A DNA stretch of 64,000 nt from Camelus ferus (lineage: Eukaryota), in assembly GCF_009834535.1 (NCBI RefSeq), contig NC_045697.1, forward strand, positions 111,168,001 to 111,232,000. Reading direction: 5' to 3'. The notes under the pieces are model-generated. The model saw nothing but the letters and a program-made list of their open reading frames with translations. It had not been told where the DNA came from and did not search any database. Within the stretch, counting starts at the first letter, position 1; every line of letters starts with the position of its first letter. Of the stretch, positions 51,033 through 63,642 are shown one piece after another. Position numbers and translations under genes: made by a program.

Positions 51033-51369
51033 AAAATCCTATAACCTACCCATTCATTCACAGCATGGAATCCTAGATTTTATTCTTCTCTAACTTCCAA
51101 AAGATTTTGCCTTGCATTTATCCATCTCCAATAGCTCTGTTTTTTATGCCATTTTTGTGGATCCTCTAAGTACTGTGCTCTTTCTCTCTTCTGTTGCCAG
51201 ATTCTTTGAATAAATGGCTTAACTTTTCGTTGGAAATTTCCACTGGCGTATTTTGCCACCAGCTCTCCCCAAGCATATGCAACACTGATGCTCATTATCA
51301 TCTGATTGTTCTCTAGCTGCCTTCTCTGTCAGCGGTACCCACACAGAGTTGTCCCAGTTAACAAGACTC

Positions 51370-52055
51370 TAGACGTCAGGATGGTCTTTGGGTCAGCCCT
51401 CTCCTTCTTCTTCTAGGTCCAGTTTACCAAGCCTTCCATTCTTTCCCTGAATAGTTTCAGATTCATTACTTCATCTCTCTTCCCCTCATGACATCCCAGT
51501 GCTCACCTTCATCTTCTAACATCTAGAAACTGTTGCACAAGAGCTCTCTAGAGAAGTCTCCTAGATTTTAGTCCACCTCACTTATTTAAATGTTACCTTC
51601 ATTAAGCACCATTCCTGACTTCAATTTCGGTTCCTACCCTTATTTTTCCTTTTCTTTCTCTGCAGCCTTAGTCTGCCTCTTTGAACTCATTTCCTCCACA
51701 CTCCCAGCATCTTATTCCACTCACTTACCCTGGCATAATCCTAGCTCAGGAACGCGTGCAGTTACTCTTCCCTCTGCCCCAAATGCACTATCTCTTAATC
51801 TCCCCACAGCTTTCTCTTACACCTTTCAGATTTGTGCTCACCTTTCAAAGAGGACTCTGTCTTGTCCTCCATCACTCTTTGTCTCCTGACATTGTACTTA
51901 CTGACTATGAGATATTTATGTATTTACCATTTCTGCATCCACTCTCTAGAACATAAATGTTATGAAAATTTCTTTCTTTTGTATCTTTCTTTTCTGAATT
52001 ATCTCCAGAAACCACAATAGAATAGGAGCTCGATAAATATTTATTGAATAACTTA
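51370..52055 (+). mobile_element. L2 fragment
   Basis: Pyrimidine-rich L2 3' region ending gagctcgataaatatttattgaata. Confidence 0.65.
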
Positions 52056-52261
52056 TGTCTAATTTTTGTTATTTTGCATCTTATATATAACAATTTTAAT
52101 ATTCTCATGTTCTCCATTTTTCTTGGATCACCATTTCCGCCATCATTGCAGCATAAACATGAGTCACTGCTGAAATGTTTTTACAAAGTCCAGAAGAATC
52201 AATGCATGGGAGGCAGGCAGGAATTCCTGAGCTTTTTTTCTGCTATTTTCCCTTTTTTCAC

Positions 52262-52352
52262 CTCATTGCTGGGGTGGAGCTCCCTCTGACTACCTCTGTC
52301 TGTCGGAGAAGCCATGACCCTCACCCATTCTCAAATTTTCAAATCAGCTTTC
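52262..52352 (-). pseudogene. Candidate exon, 91 nt, phase 2-0, TGA
   Basis: catctttttacag|G AAA GCT...AAT GAG|gtgaaa; KADLKI*EWVRVMASPTDRGSQRELHPSNE. Confidence 0.65.
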
Positions 52353-52519
52353 CTGTAAAAAGATGGACTAGCCTCTCTGATTTCCTTTGCATAAACAAAG
52401 GGAACTTTGATAGAGTCCCACTCCCTGCAGATATGCTGATGAATCTTACTACCATCCCTGTATATTGTTAAAATATAGAGACATTTTCTCTCCCTGTTAT
52501 AATGTGATTGAAAACTAGT

Positions 52520-52745
52520 AACTCATACTAGTAATTGACATGAGTTATTTATTAATTTCCCAACACACACTCAGTCCTCACAACAACTTGGTGAAGTAGG
52601 TACCATTATTAAATTCCCATTAACAGATAAAGAACATTAGGCTTAGAAATTTAACTAACTTGTCACATAAAATAAATTTGTGAAAGAGTCAGGTTTGTCT
52701 AACTACCAAGCTTACCACCCTAGCCCACTTCCACCATAATACTGA
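52520..52745 (-). mobile_element. MIR fragment
   Basis: cctcacaacaac...gaagtaggtaccattatt..cccattaacagataaagaac..aggcttaga. Confidence 0.7.
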
Positions 52746-53321
52746 ATCTCTTGGATCAAGTGGTGGAGTGAATTAATGAGTAAATGAATGAATAATTGAA
52801 GCTATTTCCCATATTATTAATGAAATTTAATAATATGCTTGCAAGTTAAATCAATGAAGGAGCTAATTTTCACCCAAAGAGAGCACACTGTGAATAGTGC
52901 CCACTGAGCAGAAAGCCTGTGTGAACTTTGCCAAAGATTTGGCAGAGAATGCTTCTGAACTGCATAGGAAGTCTAAACTCATAATCTCTAAAATCCTTTC
53001 AAGATTGAGTGATGCATTCTATGATTCCAAGAGATTCCCATAAAGTGGAAACTTTAGAGTCATGAATGACTAGTTGTAGTCTATATAAAAAGAAGTAAGA
53101 ATAATCTAGCCTGGTCGTTCTTTTATGGATATCTTCTGAAAAAGAATAATTTTAGGATGAACCCTGGAGACAACAATCAAGAATACCAACATTTTGAACT
53201 CTATCAGCTTTAATTCATTTTTCCCTTTAAGTTTGCACTTTTGAAGCATGAATCGTTCTCAAAAGTCAGAGAAAATAAAAATGGCAAATAACAAGCACTT
53301 TGTGTTCCCGGAACAAACTAC

Positions 53322-53478
53322 CCAGCGCTAGAAATGCTGACTTCGGCATGCACTGAGAAAGCATCCAGATGTTAGCCAGCTGAAACAGTATCTCCCAGTG
53401 CATCTAAATAAAAATTCATCTTCATTTAAAAACTGGAAATCAAAATGGAGTTCAGGATTCCCAGTAAGAGTCAAGAAA
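53322..53478 (-). pseudogene. Candidate exon, 157 nt, phase 1-2, three stops
   Basis: tacttacag|TT TCT TGA...GCT GG|gtagtt; VS*LLLGILNSILISSF*MKMNFYLDALGDTVSAG*HLDAFSVHAEVSISSAG. Confidence 0.6.
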
Positions 53479-54034
53479 CTGTAAGTACTAGTGAAACTAT
53501 GAACCTGCTCTTTGCCAGAGTGATCCATCCAGCTCCTAGAACACTGAGGATGAAAAAGTAAATACAATTCTAATACAATAGCTTACCTTCTGATTTCTAT
53601 ACATTGAGCTAATAATAGCAAATATGCTCGTTATTTATTTGTGACGTTCACGTACAAAATCCTGACTTGGAAGAATGAGAACATATGCCCCAGCACTGGG
53701 AGGTGCAGGAGGTAGGAGGGGAGATGATGGAGAGGGTGTGCAGGTCATGGGGAATGCTACATGGGGAGGGGGCTCCCCACCCATTTCTCCTAAATCCCTA
53801 ACAGGGAAAATGAATTAAACTGTCAAGCAAGCAGAACAAAGTGCTGAGGAGCCCTGAAAACTTTAGGAATAAGCATTAGTTCTCACAGTCACAGAAAAAA
53901 AATTAGGTTTAATTGCATAGAAATTAGTTTGAGAAAAAAACGGAATTTGAATTATAATTGAGACATAAAGCCTAGACACTCTGGTTTTTCACTAGAGCTT
54001 ACTGCCATCAGATGAGCCAGGGTGGACAAGAACT

Positions 54035-54225
54035 TTTCTCCCAAAGTGTGGCACACAAACCCCCGGCATTAGAATTATAGGGAGTTGCTAAAAAGAATAA
54101 AAATAAATGCCAATTTGTGAGCCTTGCATCAGACCAAATGAATTCCTAGATATAGGTCTCAAACAATTTGCATTTTATAATAATCTACCAATGATTCTTA
54201 TTTATACTACAGTTTGAAAATTGGA
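54035..54225. mobile_element. MER5-like hAT-Charlie element
   Basis: ttctcccaaagtgtgg...gcattagaatta...atttgcatttta...tgattctta...agtttgaaaa. Confidence 0.6.
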
Positions 54226-54394
54226 GAGACTTGACCAACATTTTTAGGCAACTAATATTTTTTAGAGAAACATGAAGTGCAAGGTTGTGATTAGTTCTGA
54301 GTATAATACAAGAATGAAGAAAGAGCCAGCTTAGCTTGTAGAAACCAGAAAGCAAATTCAGGGGGGGAAATGTAATATAAAGAAGAGGCTAAAA

Positions 54395-54505
54395 TCCAGT
54401 TTCTCTAGATCTGCAAAGGTCCTCTTTCCAAATCAGGTCACATTCACAGGTTCTGGGAATTATGATATGGACATAGCTTTTCAAGGGCTACCATTTAACC
54501 TAAGC
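54395..54505 (-). mobile_element. MLT1 (MaLR) LTR fragment
   Basis: atctgcaaaggtcctctttccaaatcaggtcacattcacaggttctgg. Confidence 0.7.
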
Positions 54506-54892
54506 AGAGGAGAAGGAATTTAAAAGCAGAGTAGATTTTCACCTGTCTGAAATGAATTGGGTGTAGTGTTACCTGAAGGGGAGTAGATTAAATTACTGTT
54601 CAAGGCCATTCCCAATCGTTTTAATTCTATAATTGTATAATTACATCAGAGTTCGTGTTCCTAAAACCATGACTAAAAAGGAGAAAAAGAATTCTAAGCA
54701 AACCTATCATGAGTAAATTAAACACAACTTATTTTATTTTCAAATATTTAAATTCACAAAAATGTTTTATTTTGAAGGGCAACAATATATTTTCATACTC
54801 AATTTTGAACAATGAAAATTTTTTAACATTTATTGATTTATTAAATGATGTGAATCTCAAAGATGAGCCAAATTATAGCCTGAATTATGCTT

Positions 54893-56248
54893 ATTTTTTG
54901 TTGAAGGATAGTTGGTTTACACTGTTGTGTTAGTTGCTGGTGCACAGCATAGTGATTCAGTTATACATATATATTCTTTTTCATATTTTTTATTATAGGC
55001 TATTACAAGATACTGAATATAGTTCCCTGTGCTATACAGTAGGACCTTGTTGTTTATCTATTTTACATATAGTGGTATATATCTGTTAATCACAAACTCT
55101 TAATTTATCTCTCCCTACTACTTTCTCCTTTGGTATGTTGCTGCAAATGGCATTATTTCATTCTTTTTTGTGACTGAGTAGTATTCCATTTTATATGTGT
55201 ATGCTGCAGATGGCATTATTTTATTCTTTTTCATGGCTCAGTAGTATTCTATTGTGTGTATATGTATATATCACATTTTCTTAATCCAGTCATCTGTTGA
55301 TAGACATTTGTGTTGTTTCCATGTCTTGGCTATTGTAAATACTGCTGCTATGAACATTGGGGTGAATGTGTCTTTTTAAATTATATTTTCCTCTAGGTAT
55401 ATGCTCAGGAGTGAGATTGCTGGATCACATAGTAAGTCTATTTTTAGTTTTTTAAGGAATCTCCATACTGTCCTCCATAATGGCTGTACCAATCTATACT
55501 CCCACCAAAAGTGTAGGAAGGTTCCCTTTTCTCCACAGCCTCTCCAACATTTATCCTTTGTAGACTTTTTCAGAATGGCCATTCTGGCTGGTGTGAGGTG
55601 ATATCTCATTGTAGTTTTGATCTGCATTTCTCTGACAATTAAGTGATGCTGAGAATTTTTTCACGTGCCTATTGGCCATTTGTATGTCTTCACTGGAGAA
55701 TTGCTTGTTTAGGTCTTCTGCCCATTTTTGAATTAGGTTTTTCTTTTTTTATATTTTGTATATTTTGGAAATTAGTCCCTTGTCAGTCTCATCATTTGCA
55801 GATATTTTCTCCCATTCTGTAGGTTGTCTTTTTGTTTTGTTGATGGTATCCTTAGCTGTGCAAAGGCTTTTACTCTTAATTAGATCCCATTGGTTTATTT
55901 TTGCTTTTATTTTCATTACACCAGGAGCTGGTTCAAAAATATATATTGCTGTGAATTATGTCTGAGAGTGTTTTGCCTATGTTTTCCTCTAGGAGTTTTA
56001 TAGTATCTGGTCTTACATTCAAGTCTTTAATCCATTTTGAGTTTATTTTTGTGTATTGTGCTAGAGAATGTTCTAATTTCATTCTTTCACAGGTAGCTGT
56101 CCAGTTTTCCCAGCACCACTTATTGAAGAGACTGTCTTTTCTCCATTGTATATTCTTGTCTCCTTTTTCATAGATTAATTGACCATAAGTGCATGGTTTA
56201 TTTCTGGACGTTCTATCCTGTTCCACTGATCTGTATCTGTTTTTGTGT
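54893..56248 (-). mobile_element. 5'-truncated L1 (ORF2 3' part + 3'UTR)
   Basis: [29 protein letters not shown] and [23 protein letters not shown]-rich tail at left; internal ~65-bp duplication at 55135-55260. Confidence 0.95.
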
Positions 56249-57434
56249 AGAGTTCGTATTTTAAGCCCATATAACCTGGGAGGTAAGCTTTATTTCCTAA
56301 ATACTCTGACAGAAATGTAATTGAAAGACTCAACAGTGAGGAGATTCAAATGATGAACATAATTGTGGAAGAAAAGAGGGATGCAGGAAACTGTGGTTAA
56401 CTTTTACTTTATGGTGCCTCCAGGTTCATCTTTGGAACTTGTTCTCTACCATTTGGAGCATTTGGAAATACTTCTGATGGTAAGGTACTCAAAAGATCAT
56501 CTCACAAAATTTTTGAATTTTAGGGTTAAAATCAGGAAAAACCAAGGGAAAAAAAAAAAAAAGCACAGGTACATATATGCACACACAGCTTTATAACCTG
56601 TATGACCAGTACTGGCAAGTCTTTGAAGGCCAACTCCATGAAGTAATAATACTGACCAAAGTCATCCCATAAGGAAATATAATTCAATAAACAAAAGAAA
56701 ATTTACTATGTGGACAATTTAACAGAATTTCAAGTGGAATAAAGTACATAGCATCTATTTTTTTTCTTATTTCCTAGTTTTCATTCAAATCAGTGGTCTC
56801 TAAAGGAGGGTATGGAAGAGCATCTCCTGGGATGAAAAAAGAACATCTGTTTATACTTATTTTTAATTTTAAAATATGAAGAAATCAAGCTTTACTTATA
56901 TTTAAAATATAGAGTAGTGTCTATCATTTATAAATTAAAAAGTATATATTGATATGCTAACTCATACTATTTTTTTTATATAAATGCACGATCAGAAAAA
57001 TTTGGAAGCCTTGATTTAATAAAAATAATTTAATTACTTTTTTCTTTCTTGTGAAAACACATACCTTTATAGTTCCCAGGTACCTGGACTTTAGAGGGAT
57101 TTAAATTATATGGTATATAAAATATTCATTTGCATATGGGTATAAATTATATAAAAAGTCTTGAGATGCGTCTTTTGGGTCATTGTTGGCTAATTCTGGT
57201 TCACATGCTCAAAAAGCAAATAATTCAGTTGTATGATATTTACATAAGAAGCTTCCAACATGTCACATCTCTAACACAGCATCTTCCAACAAAATCATAC
57301 TCTAACCATTTAGTAGTTTAGAAAGTATAGGAAAAAGAAAAGATAACTGCAGTAATTTCATCAACTTTCATAAAAAGTCAGTGTTTACTAATGTTACATA
57401 CAGGACATCCTGCAATTTAAATATTGCTGTCCAA

Positions 57435-57611
57435 TAAACAAGATTATACGGTATAGCACAGGGAAATATATACAAGGTCTTGTGGGAGCTCACAGCAAAA
57501 AAACGTAACGATGAATATATGATGTTCATGTATAACTGAAAAATTGTGCTCTACACTGGAATTTGACACAACTTTGTAAAATGACTATAACTCAATAAAA
57601 AAGTTTAAAAA
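57435..57611 (+). mobile_element. Short young L1 3' end
   Basis: Near-identical to 47836-48005; perfect 16-bp TSD aaatattgctgtccaa (57419-57434 / 57612-57627). Confidence 0.95.
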
Positions 57612-57973
57612 AAATATTGCTGTCCAAAACACAGGAGTTATTGGATTCCATGTATGATCTAAATTCTCTTTCCCTCCTTGACATTTCTAATTCACTAGAG
57701 AAGAATGTGAAGAATAATCTGGAGACTTGTTCTAAGAATTGTCCAATGACTTTTATGGGCAGGCACTTGCATTAAAGCCCACTCAAATAGCTATCTTCAG
57801 AGGTAGTGTCAAGACTAATTGATGTGCCCTGGTCAAACACTGGGGGTGCCACAAACATTCTATTTTGATCAAGAGTTCAAGTACAGAAGTTGGAGAAATA
57901 ATCTGTTTTCTGCCTGCGACCACCCCTCCCCATTCTTCTACTGCAAAATCCTTCTTTGCATTGTATGTATTAC

Positions 57974-58191
57974 CTTCTTCGGTGTTTGGGTCTGTTATCC
58001 ATAAAAGAATTTGTTCTCTCCTTCCACAGAAATGGGCACATAACTTGAGCTGTGCAGAGTACTCAAAATGCCTGGACACATTAATTAGTCCAGATGGATA
58101 ATTGGTGAAAGGTCATGGAGAGCCATTTGCAGGTTTGAATTAAATGCTGGGGATTGAAGGAGGATTTCTTTTTCCTCTGAGATCATCAGTT
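57974..58191 (-). pseudogene. Candidate exon, 218 nt, phase 2-1, two stops
   Basis: cagtctttag|A ACT GAT...GAA G|gtaata; TDDLRGKRNPPSIPSI*FKPANGSP*PFTNYPSGLINVSRHFEYSAQLKLCAHFCGRREQILLWITDPNTEE. Confidence 0.7.
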
Positions 58192-58213
58192 CTAAAGACT
58201 GTATAAGACTGTT

Positions 58214-58281
58214 TACATATATACATATGTTTATACTCTGTGTATATATATATGTATGTGTGTATATATATGTATGTATAT
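58214..58281. repeat. (TA/TG)n microsatellite-like tract
   Basis: tacatatatacatatgt...tgtgtatatatatatgtatgtgtgtatatatatgtatgtata. Confidence 0.85.
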
Positions 58282-59544
58282 AACCTCCAAATAGCCTGAA
58301 ATCAATCACATGACTGGCTACACTCAATGAGTGTGTCAAACATGTGACCATTATGCATTATATGTGTGAATTCACACACACCGATACACACATCTCATAG
58401 TATTGCCCTAATGTAGCTTAACAGAGAGTTCTACATGGAGCTATTTATCCAACAAGCATAACTGACAGATCAACAACAACATAATGCTTGAATTTCCTCC
58501 AATAATGCCCACTCATTGGACAACCGGTCTATTTCTCCTTTGACATTTGAAAATGTTCTTCCCTTCAAATTTTTTATTGTCCACTATAGCTTCTCCTAAG
58601 CCATACAATATTTTAAAAAAATGAATCCAAATTTTCACAGCATTTTGTGACTTAAGAGCTTTTATAGGCTGACGTTCACAGAATAGAAATTATCATTGAT
58701 CCAAAAAAAAAAAAATCAAACATTTGTTCAAGCCTTTAGTCAGTTTGGAATATTTTGCTGAATCAACTAAATAAACACTTTACTTTGAAGAAAGTCAGCA
58801 AACGACTTCACCTTTTCTTAGATTATCTATTACTGGCATTTTTTTTTAAAGAATAGACTCTAGAGGGAGCATTCCTTTAAAAGAGAAATAATAGATGGAG
58901 TAAAATCTTCATATCTTTCTCAGTAGTAAAAGCTGATTCTTCTATTTACCTCTGTCTGCTATAATGTATTATTAAAAATGGAAAGACATAGTTAATGGCA
59001 CATACTGTATCAATAGCATTGTAGGATCCCATTTATTTTGCCTTAAGGAGAGTTTATTTCATCTGGGGCGAATTTGGAAAACCTTTCAGAGGCCATCAGC
59101 ACACTGGCTTTCTTCATATTAGATAAAAGCAAGGACACTGCATGTACACATTGATCTGTAGTTATTCAAAGACTGGATTGGAGAAGAGAGAATTTCCTTC
59201 CTTCTTACAGAGTAACTTTTATATCATATTAATACATTCAAAAGCTTCAAAGAAAGCCCTTTATAAATGGAGAATGTCAGTGGAAATTTTTCACCTTTTT
59301 TGAGGTATAAACTGGAAATATAGTGACAAAGCTTTATCAGAACAAAAATAAAATAAAATAAAAATAAAATTTAATATCAACTTTAAGTGCCAATGTATTC
59401 TAGAGTGCAAATAGTGACAACTGAATTTAAACCATAACAGTTGCTCGAGGAGCTTTAATTTCTTATTTGTAACTCATAAGTTGTAGGTTAATATATACTA
59501 TTTACTTATAGAGTGCTAAGTGTATGGCTCCCAAGGAATACTTT

Positions 59545-59655
59545 TCTGGCAAAATTGTTTTTATTTATATGGTCAGATAGTAAATATTTTAGGCTCTGTG
59601 AGGTATCCAGTCTTTTCTAAACTCTGCCATGTAGTGAGAGCATCCATAGATAACA
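59545..59655. mobile_element. MER58-like hAT-Charlie fragment
   Basis: tggcaaa...ggtcagatagtaaatattttaggct...aactctgccatgtagtg..agcatccataga. Confidence 0.7.
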
Positions 59656-60158
59656 CATCTCCCCTCCCCCCATCAGAGTTTAATTGCATCATGGAGCCAA
59701 GGCTGTAGCTTTTAAGCAGTGCTCAGATCACATGTGACAGCCAAAACTAAGCAGACAAAGAGGGTGCTGAAAAGAGTGTAATGGGCCATGCAGACAGAGG
59801 GAGAGCTGAACAAGTACTTGGAGATAATTCTCACTGAAAGTTATGTAAAACTGGTAGGAGTAAATTGAGTTTCAAGCATCCTTCTGATTTGAGACGGAAG
59901 CTACTATTATAATTTTGATAGGTCTGCAAATGGTGGCCATTGTCCAAAGGCCATAACACATCAAGAATTCAGGACCTAAATTTTCCTTTTAGAGGGAATT
60001 GATATACCAAATGAATTGATCTATTTGGTAGAATGGCAGGCAAACAAGATACTTTAATTAGATCACACGTAAAATTGTTCACTCACTTAACAGCCCTAAG
60101 ACTCAGGGATTTTGGAAAAGAATTACAAAACTCATACCCTGGGTAAACACAATGTTAT

Positions 60159-60760
60159 TGAGGTGGGAAGCCCCATAAAAAAGACCAGCAGGACCCCCAG
60201 GCAGGGCCACTACTCTCCTGCCAGCACCATCCAGTTCCCTGGCCCAGAGGCTCTATCTCACTTTTTGCCTCTGAAACAGCTTACTTCTAGGAAAGTGGAA
60301 CTTATCCTTAAAATTCTATTGGTTCCCTGAGCTCACTTCTGATTGGTTATTTCCTTCACTCCTGATTGGTCCATTTCCCTAACTTCTGATTGGTCCATTT
60401 GTAGTACTTTATTTGCATGGAGCTTACTCCTAATTGATTATTTCTCTCACTACTGATTGGTCCATTTCCCTCACTCCTGACTGATTATTTCTCTCCCTCT
60501 TGATTGGTCCATTTCTACAAAGCTTGTTCCTAATTAGTCAACTTTTGTTATACCTTATTTGCATATGATGTTGCAAAGTGTAAACTGGCAGCCTATAAAA
60601 GCTTGTGTAAACCTACAAAGGGGGTCCAGAGCTTGGGGTGTTAACTCCTCTGGGCCTGCTGGCGTAATAAATTTGAGTTCTCCAACTCCAGGTGCTGCTT
60701 GGTCTCTCGCCCGGATCCAAGTTTCTGTAACACTGAGCTGTAACACGTTTTTCTGCAACA
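60159..60760 (+). mobile_element. Solo ERV1-class LTR with CCAAT-repeat U3
   Basis: TG...CA termini, TSD TTAT, six ATTGG in ~24-bp repeats, ATTTGCAT at 60411 and 60557, TATAAAA 60594, AATAAA 60666. Confidence 0.85.
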
Positions 60761-61304
60761 TTATGACACAAATTTATCACTTTCAGAGTCTGTTCATCTT
60801 TGATTCTAGTATCCCATTCACTAACCTAATGCTTGTTTATCTTGTAAGAGGAGTCAAAACATGACATCTTGAAGTAGAGCAGTCTCTAAATATGACCCCC
60901 TGAAAATGGAGAGAATTCTTCTCAACTGAACCAGTGGAAGCTTCTTTTAATCTCAAGAACTGAATGAGAAAATCAAAGGAATGCTGATATGGTCTCACTT
61001 CAGAGCCACGATAGCAGGGAAGGCTCTGTAACTTCTATCCAAAACACTAGATGTGTACTTTGGTTAAGTGCACCAAGTGAATGGTAACACTTAGTCTTAT
61101 GGTCTAAACAGAATCACTTTCTTTAAACACGAAGTATGGATTCAAGGAGAATGTAGTCCTAATGCCCCAAATTATCAGTAATGTTCGATAAACCTATGTA
61201 TTAGAATAAATACATAAATATAAACTGCCATTAACATATGTGCATTTTACATACATATGTATATTCATACATACACATATTATATACGTACAGAGAGAGA
61301 ATGA

Positions 61305-61630
61305 AAGCAAAGATTCCCAAACTGTCTCTGTTCATGGCAGTTCTTAGTGTTTCAGTAAATTGTCCATGGCACCCCGGGATGGAAAGAAATGCCAGATAGT
61401 TCCATTTATAACAAGTTAGGAATCAATAAAAAGCCAGCTTCATAAAGATCTGCACAAGAAAGGTAGCGTGATCCAACGCTGAAACTGTGAACTACCACGA
61501 GCATCACGTGGTGATCCAGTGGGGCAGAGTATTGCTGTGTTCCCCCTGAAAATGTATGCATGTCCTGGCATTGCTCTCAGTTTGATGCAGAGACCTGGGC
61601 TGCCTCAGCACATAGTTCAGAAACCACAGA
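61305..61630. mobile_element. Probable hAT-Charlie (MER) relic
   Basis: Inverted-like ends gattcccaaactgt / acatagttcagaaaccac. Confidence 0.45.
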
Positions 61631-62325
61631 TTTAAAGCAAATCTAGGAACTATTTTTGTATCTAATCAGCCACACAACACTAGAACCTAGCATTTCAATT
61701 GTCTCAGTCTCTGCTCAATCTTAAACTGACCATTTCCTCAGGTTTAATAAAGAGATCAACTTGAAATTGACTTTAATTTGAGGCATCAAACAGAACCCAC
61801 TGTTCTCTTAGACACTATCCGTTTAACCATCTTTCTTCTTCAGTGGGAGAGTCCCAAATGACTAGACACAATTTATCTGGGAAAAAGCTGCATTGGCCCT
61901 TTTAAGGTCACACTTAATATTTCTCATGTTTCCCCAGAGGCAAAGCTGAAGAAGCAGGTGCAAAATATTTTCTCCATTCTGAATATATTCCTTGACTGAA
62001 GAATCTCAAGGACTAAATTTAATTGATCGAGAAAAATTTTAATTAATAATCCCTCACCACACAAGTAGCTTGCCATTCACACGTGATTTCTTCATATGTT
62101 TAAAACATGTTGTGAGATTTTAACAACCCTGACTGACAGAGAGATAACAGCTTCCTTTAGCCTCTGATTCTTCATCAAATTAGACTCTTGCTAAAAAAAC
62201 AAAAACAAAACTTAAATAGATTATTTTCAAAGGATAAAATTTTTTTCTCTGCAAAATATAAGGATAAGCATCCAATAACATTATTTAATAAGAAAAGAAT
62301 CCTGTATGCTAGTAAAGGAAAAATC

Positions 62326-62381
62326 TGTGTGTGTGTGTGTGTGTGCGCGCGCGTGCATGGTAGCTGCACACACACATGCAC
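62326..62381. repeat. (TG)n(CG)n...(CA)n alternating purine-pyrimidine tract
   Basis: tgtgtgtgtgtgtgtgtgtgcgcgcgcgtgcatggtagctgcacacacacatgcaca. Confidence 0.9.
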
Positions 62382-62616
62382 AGGAGAGAGAACTGAGGGA
62401 GAGATAGGAAAGAGAAAGGAAAGACAGAGATTCATATTCCTTACAGGTATGTGAATGTGAACCTATTGTGACAATGTGAAGATGGCAAAAATGAGTGTAG
62501 GTAGACAGGGAGGAAGTAGGAATCGTCGTTCAAAGTGTGAGCCAAACAGTTGTAGTAGGTCAAAAGATTTTCTCAAATCATTGGCAGCTTTCAGATGGAT
62601 CTAAAGTGATTCAGTC

Positions 62617-62934
62617 TGTTGACCTGAAACAACCACCCTCCAGCAAAGATGGATTTACTTGGGATCAGCAGAGAATTGCAGTTTGGGGTCTGTCACCATG
62701 GTAAGCCCCGTGCAAGTTCCCACACGGTAAGAGGAGAGAACACTTTTGTAAAGAGGAAAAGTCGGGAGGGCATGAGTGAGCAGAGTCCATGGCGTCTCAT
62801 TGGCTGCGTCCTTTCCAGGAAAGGAGTCTGTCTTCTTCCTCTTGGACTCAGCTATCATCACAGGATATGAGAGCTCCCAATTCTGTTCTCCCAACTCTCT
62901 TTCATTGAGGTTTCTGTTTACTAAACTTTTTACA
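62617..62934 (-). mobile_element. Solo LTR (ERV1-like)
   Basis: TGTTG...TTACA termini, near-TSD agtc / aatc, poly(A)-signal-like gatttactt on the opposite strand. Confidence 0.6.
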
Positions 62935-63170
62935 AATCAAAACATGCTAAATACCAATGATAGCCAAGGGAAAATTGCAACTTTCCAAAGCAATCTGAAT
63001 TAGAATACATTATCCTTCCTCCACACATTTCTGGGAAGCTTATCACAACAGCAATCATGTGCATTATAAACAGTATCACCCTTCAGCTGGGCAGCTGGCT
63101 TCCTCCCAAGCAGCGGTGTGATTTGAGACGACCCTCTGCTCCAGTAATTGGTAAGATGTTCTGCATTAAC

Positions 63171-63270
63171 CTTTGCATGCATGCCCTCTCGAGGCTATGA
63201 CAGGATCCTGCTGCATTCACAATTAGTAAAGTGCCCAAGGCAGCAACTTTGACAAGGACCATAGAACAGC
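63171..63270 (-). pseudogene. Candidate exon 2, 100 nt, phase 1-2, open, signal-peptide-like
   Basis: acctag|GC TGT TCT ATG...CAA AG|gttaat; CSMVLVKVAALGTLLIVNAAGSCHSLERACMQ. Confidence 0.55.
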
Positions 63271-63642
63271 CTAGGTTTGTATTGACAGTTCCTCTTCAAT
63301 ACAGTTAGGAGTGCACTGCCATCATCTATGAAATATATCAGGGCACAGAGATCAATAAATCACAGCAAATCATAAGAGTTTATGGGGAATTAATTACTGA
63401 GTTACGTTGAAAATCTGAAACTTGGTAAAACTTAAATATGGTATTCATTACACACGGAAAGATGTTTGAAATTGATGTAAAAACATGACTACACTGCAGT
63501 CTAAACTTGAATCTCAATAAATACCTACATTTAAAAGCTCGTAATAGTTACTGGATGTGTAGCAAAAATAAAGCCAGATGTCAGTGAAATGATCCCAGTG
63601 TGAGCTGTCTCCTCCCTAGCTATTTCCCTGGGACTACGTTAC

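Noticed and set aside
52810..52837. 11-bp AT-rich inverted repeat
   Set aside because: Short and AT-rich; expected by chance in this base composition.
54648..56270. agagttcgt repeats flanking the L1, suggesting a ~220-bp 3' transduction
   Set aside because: There is no poly(T) next to the left copy, and the similarity runs past the putative nick site, so TSD geometry does not fit.
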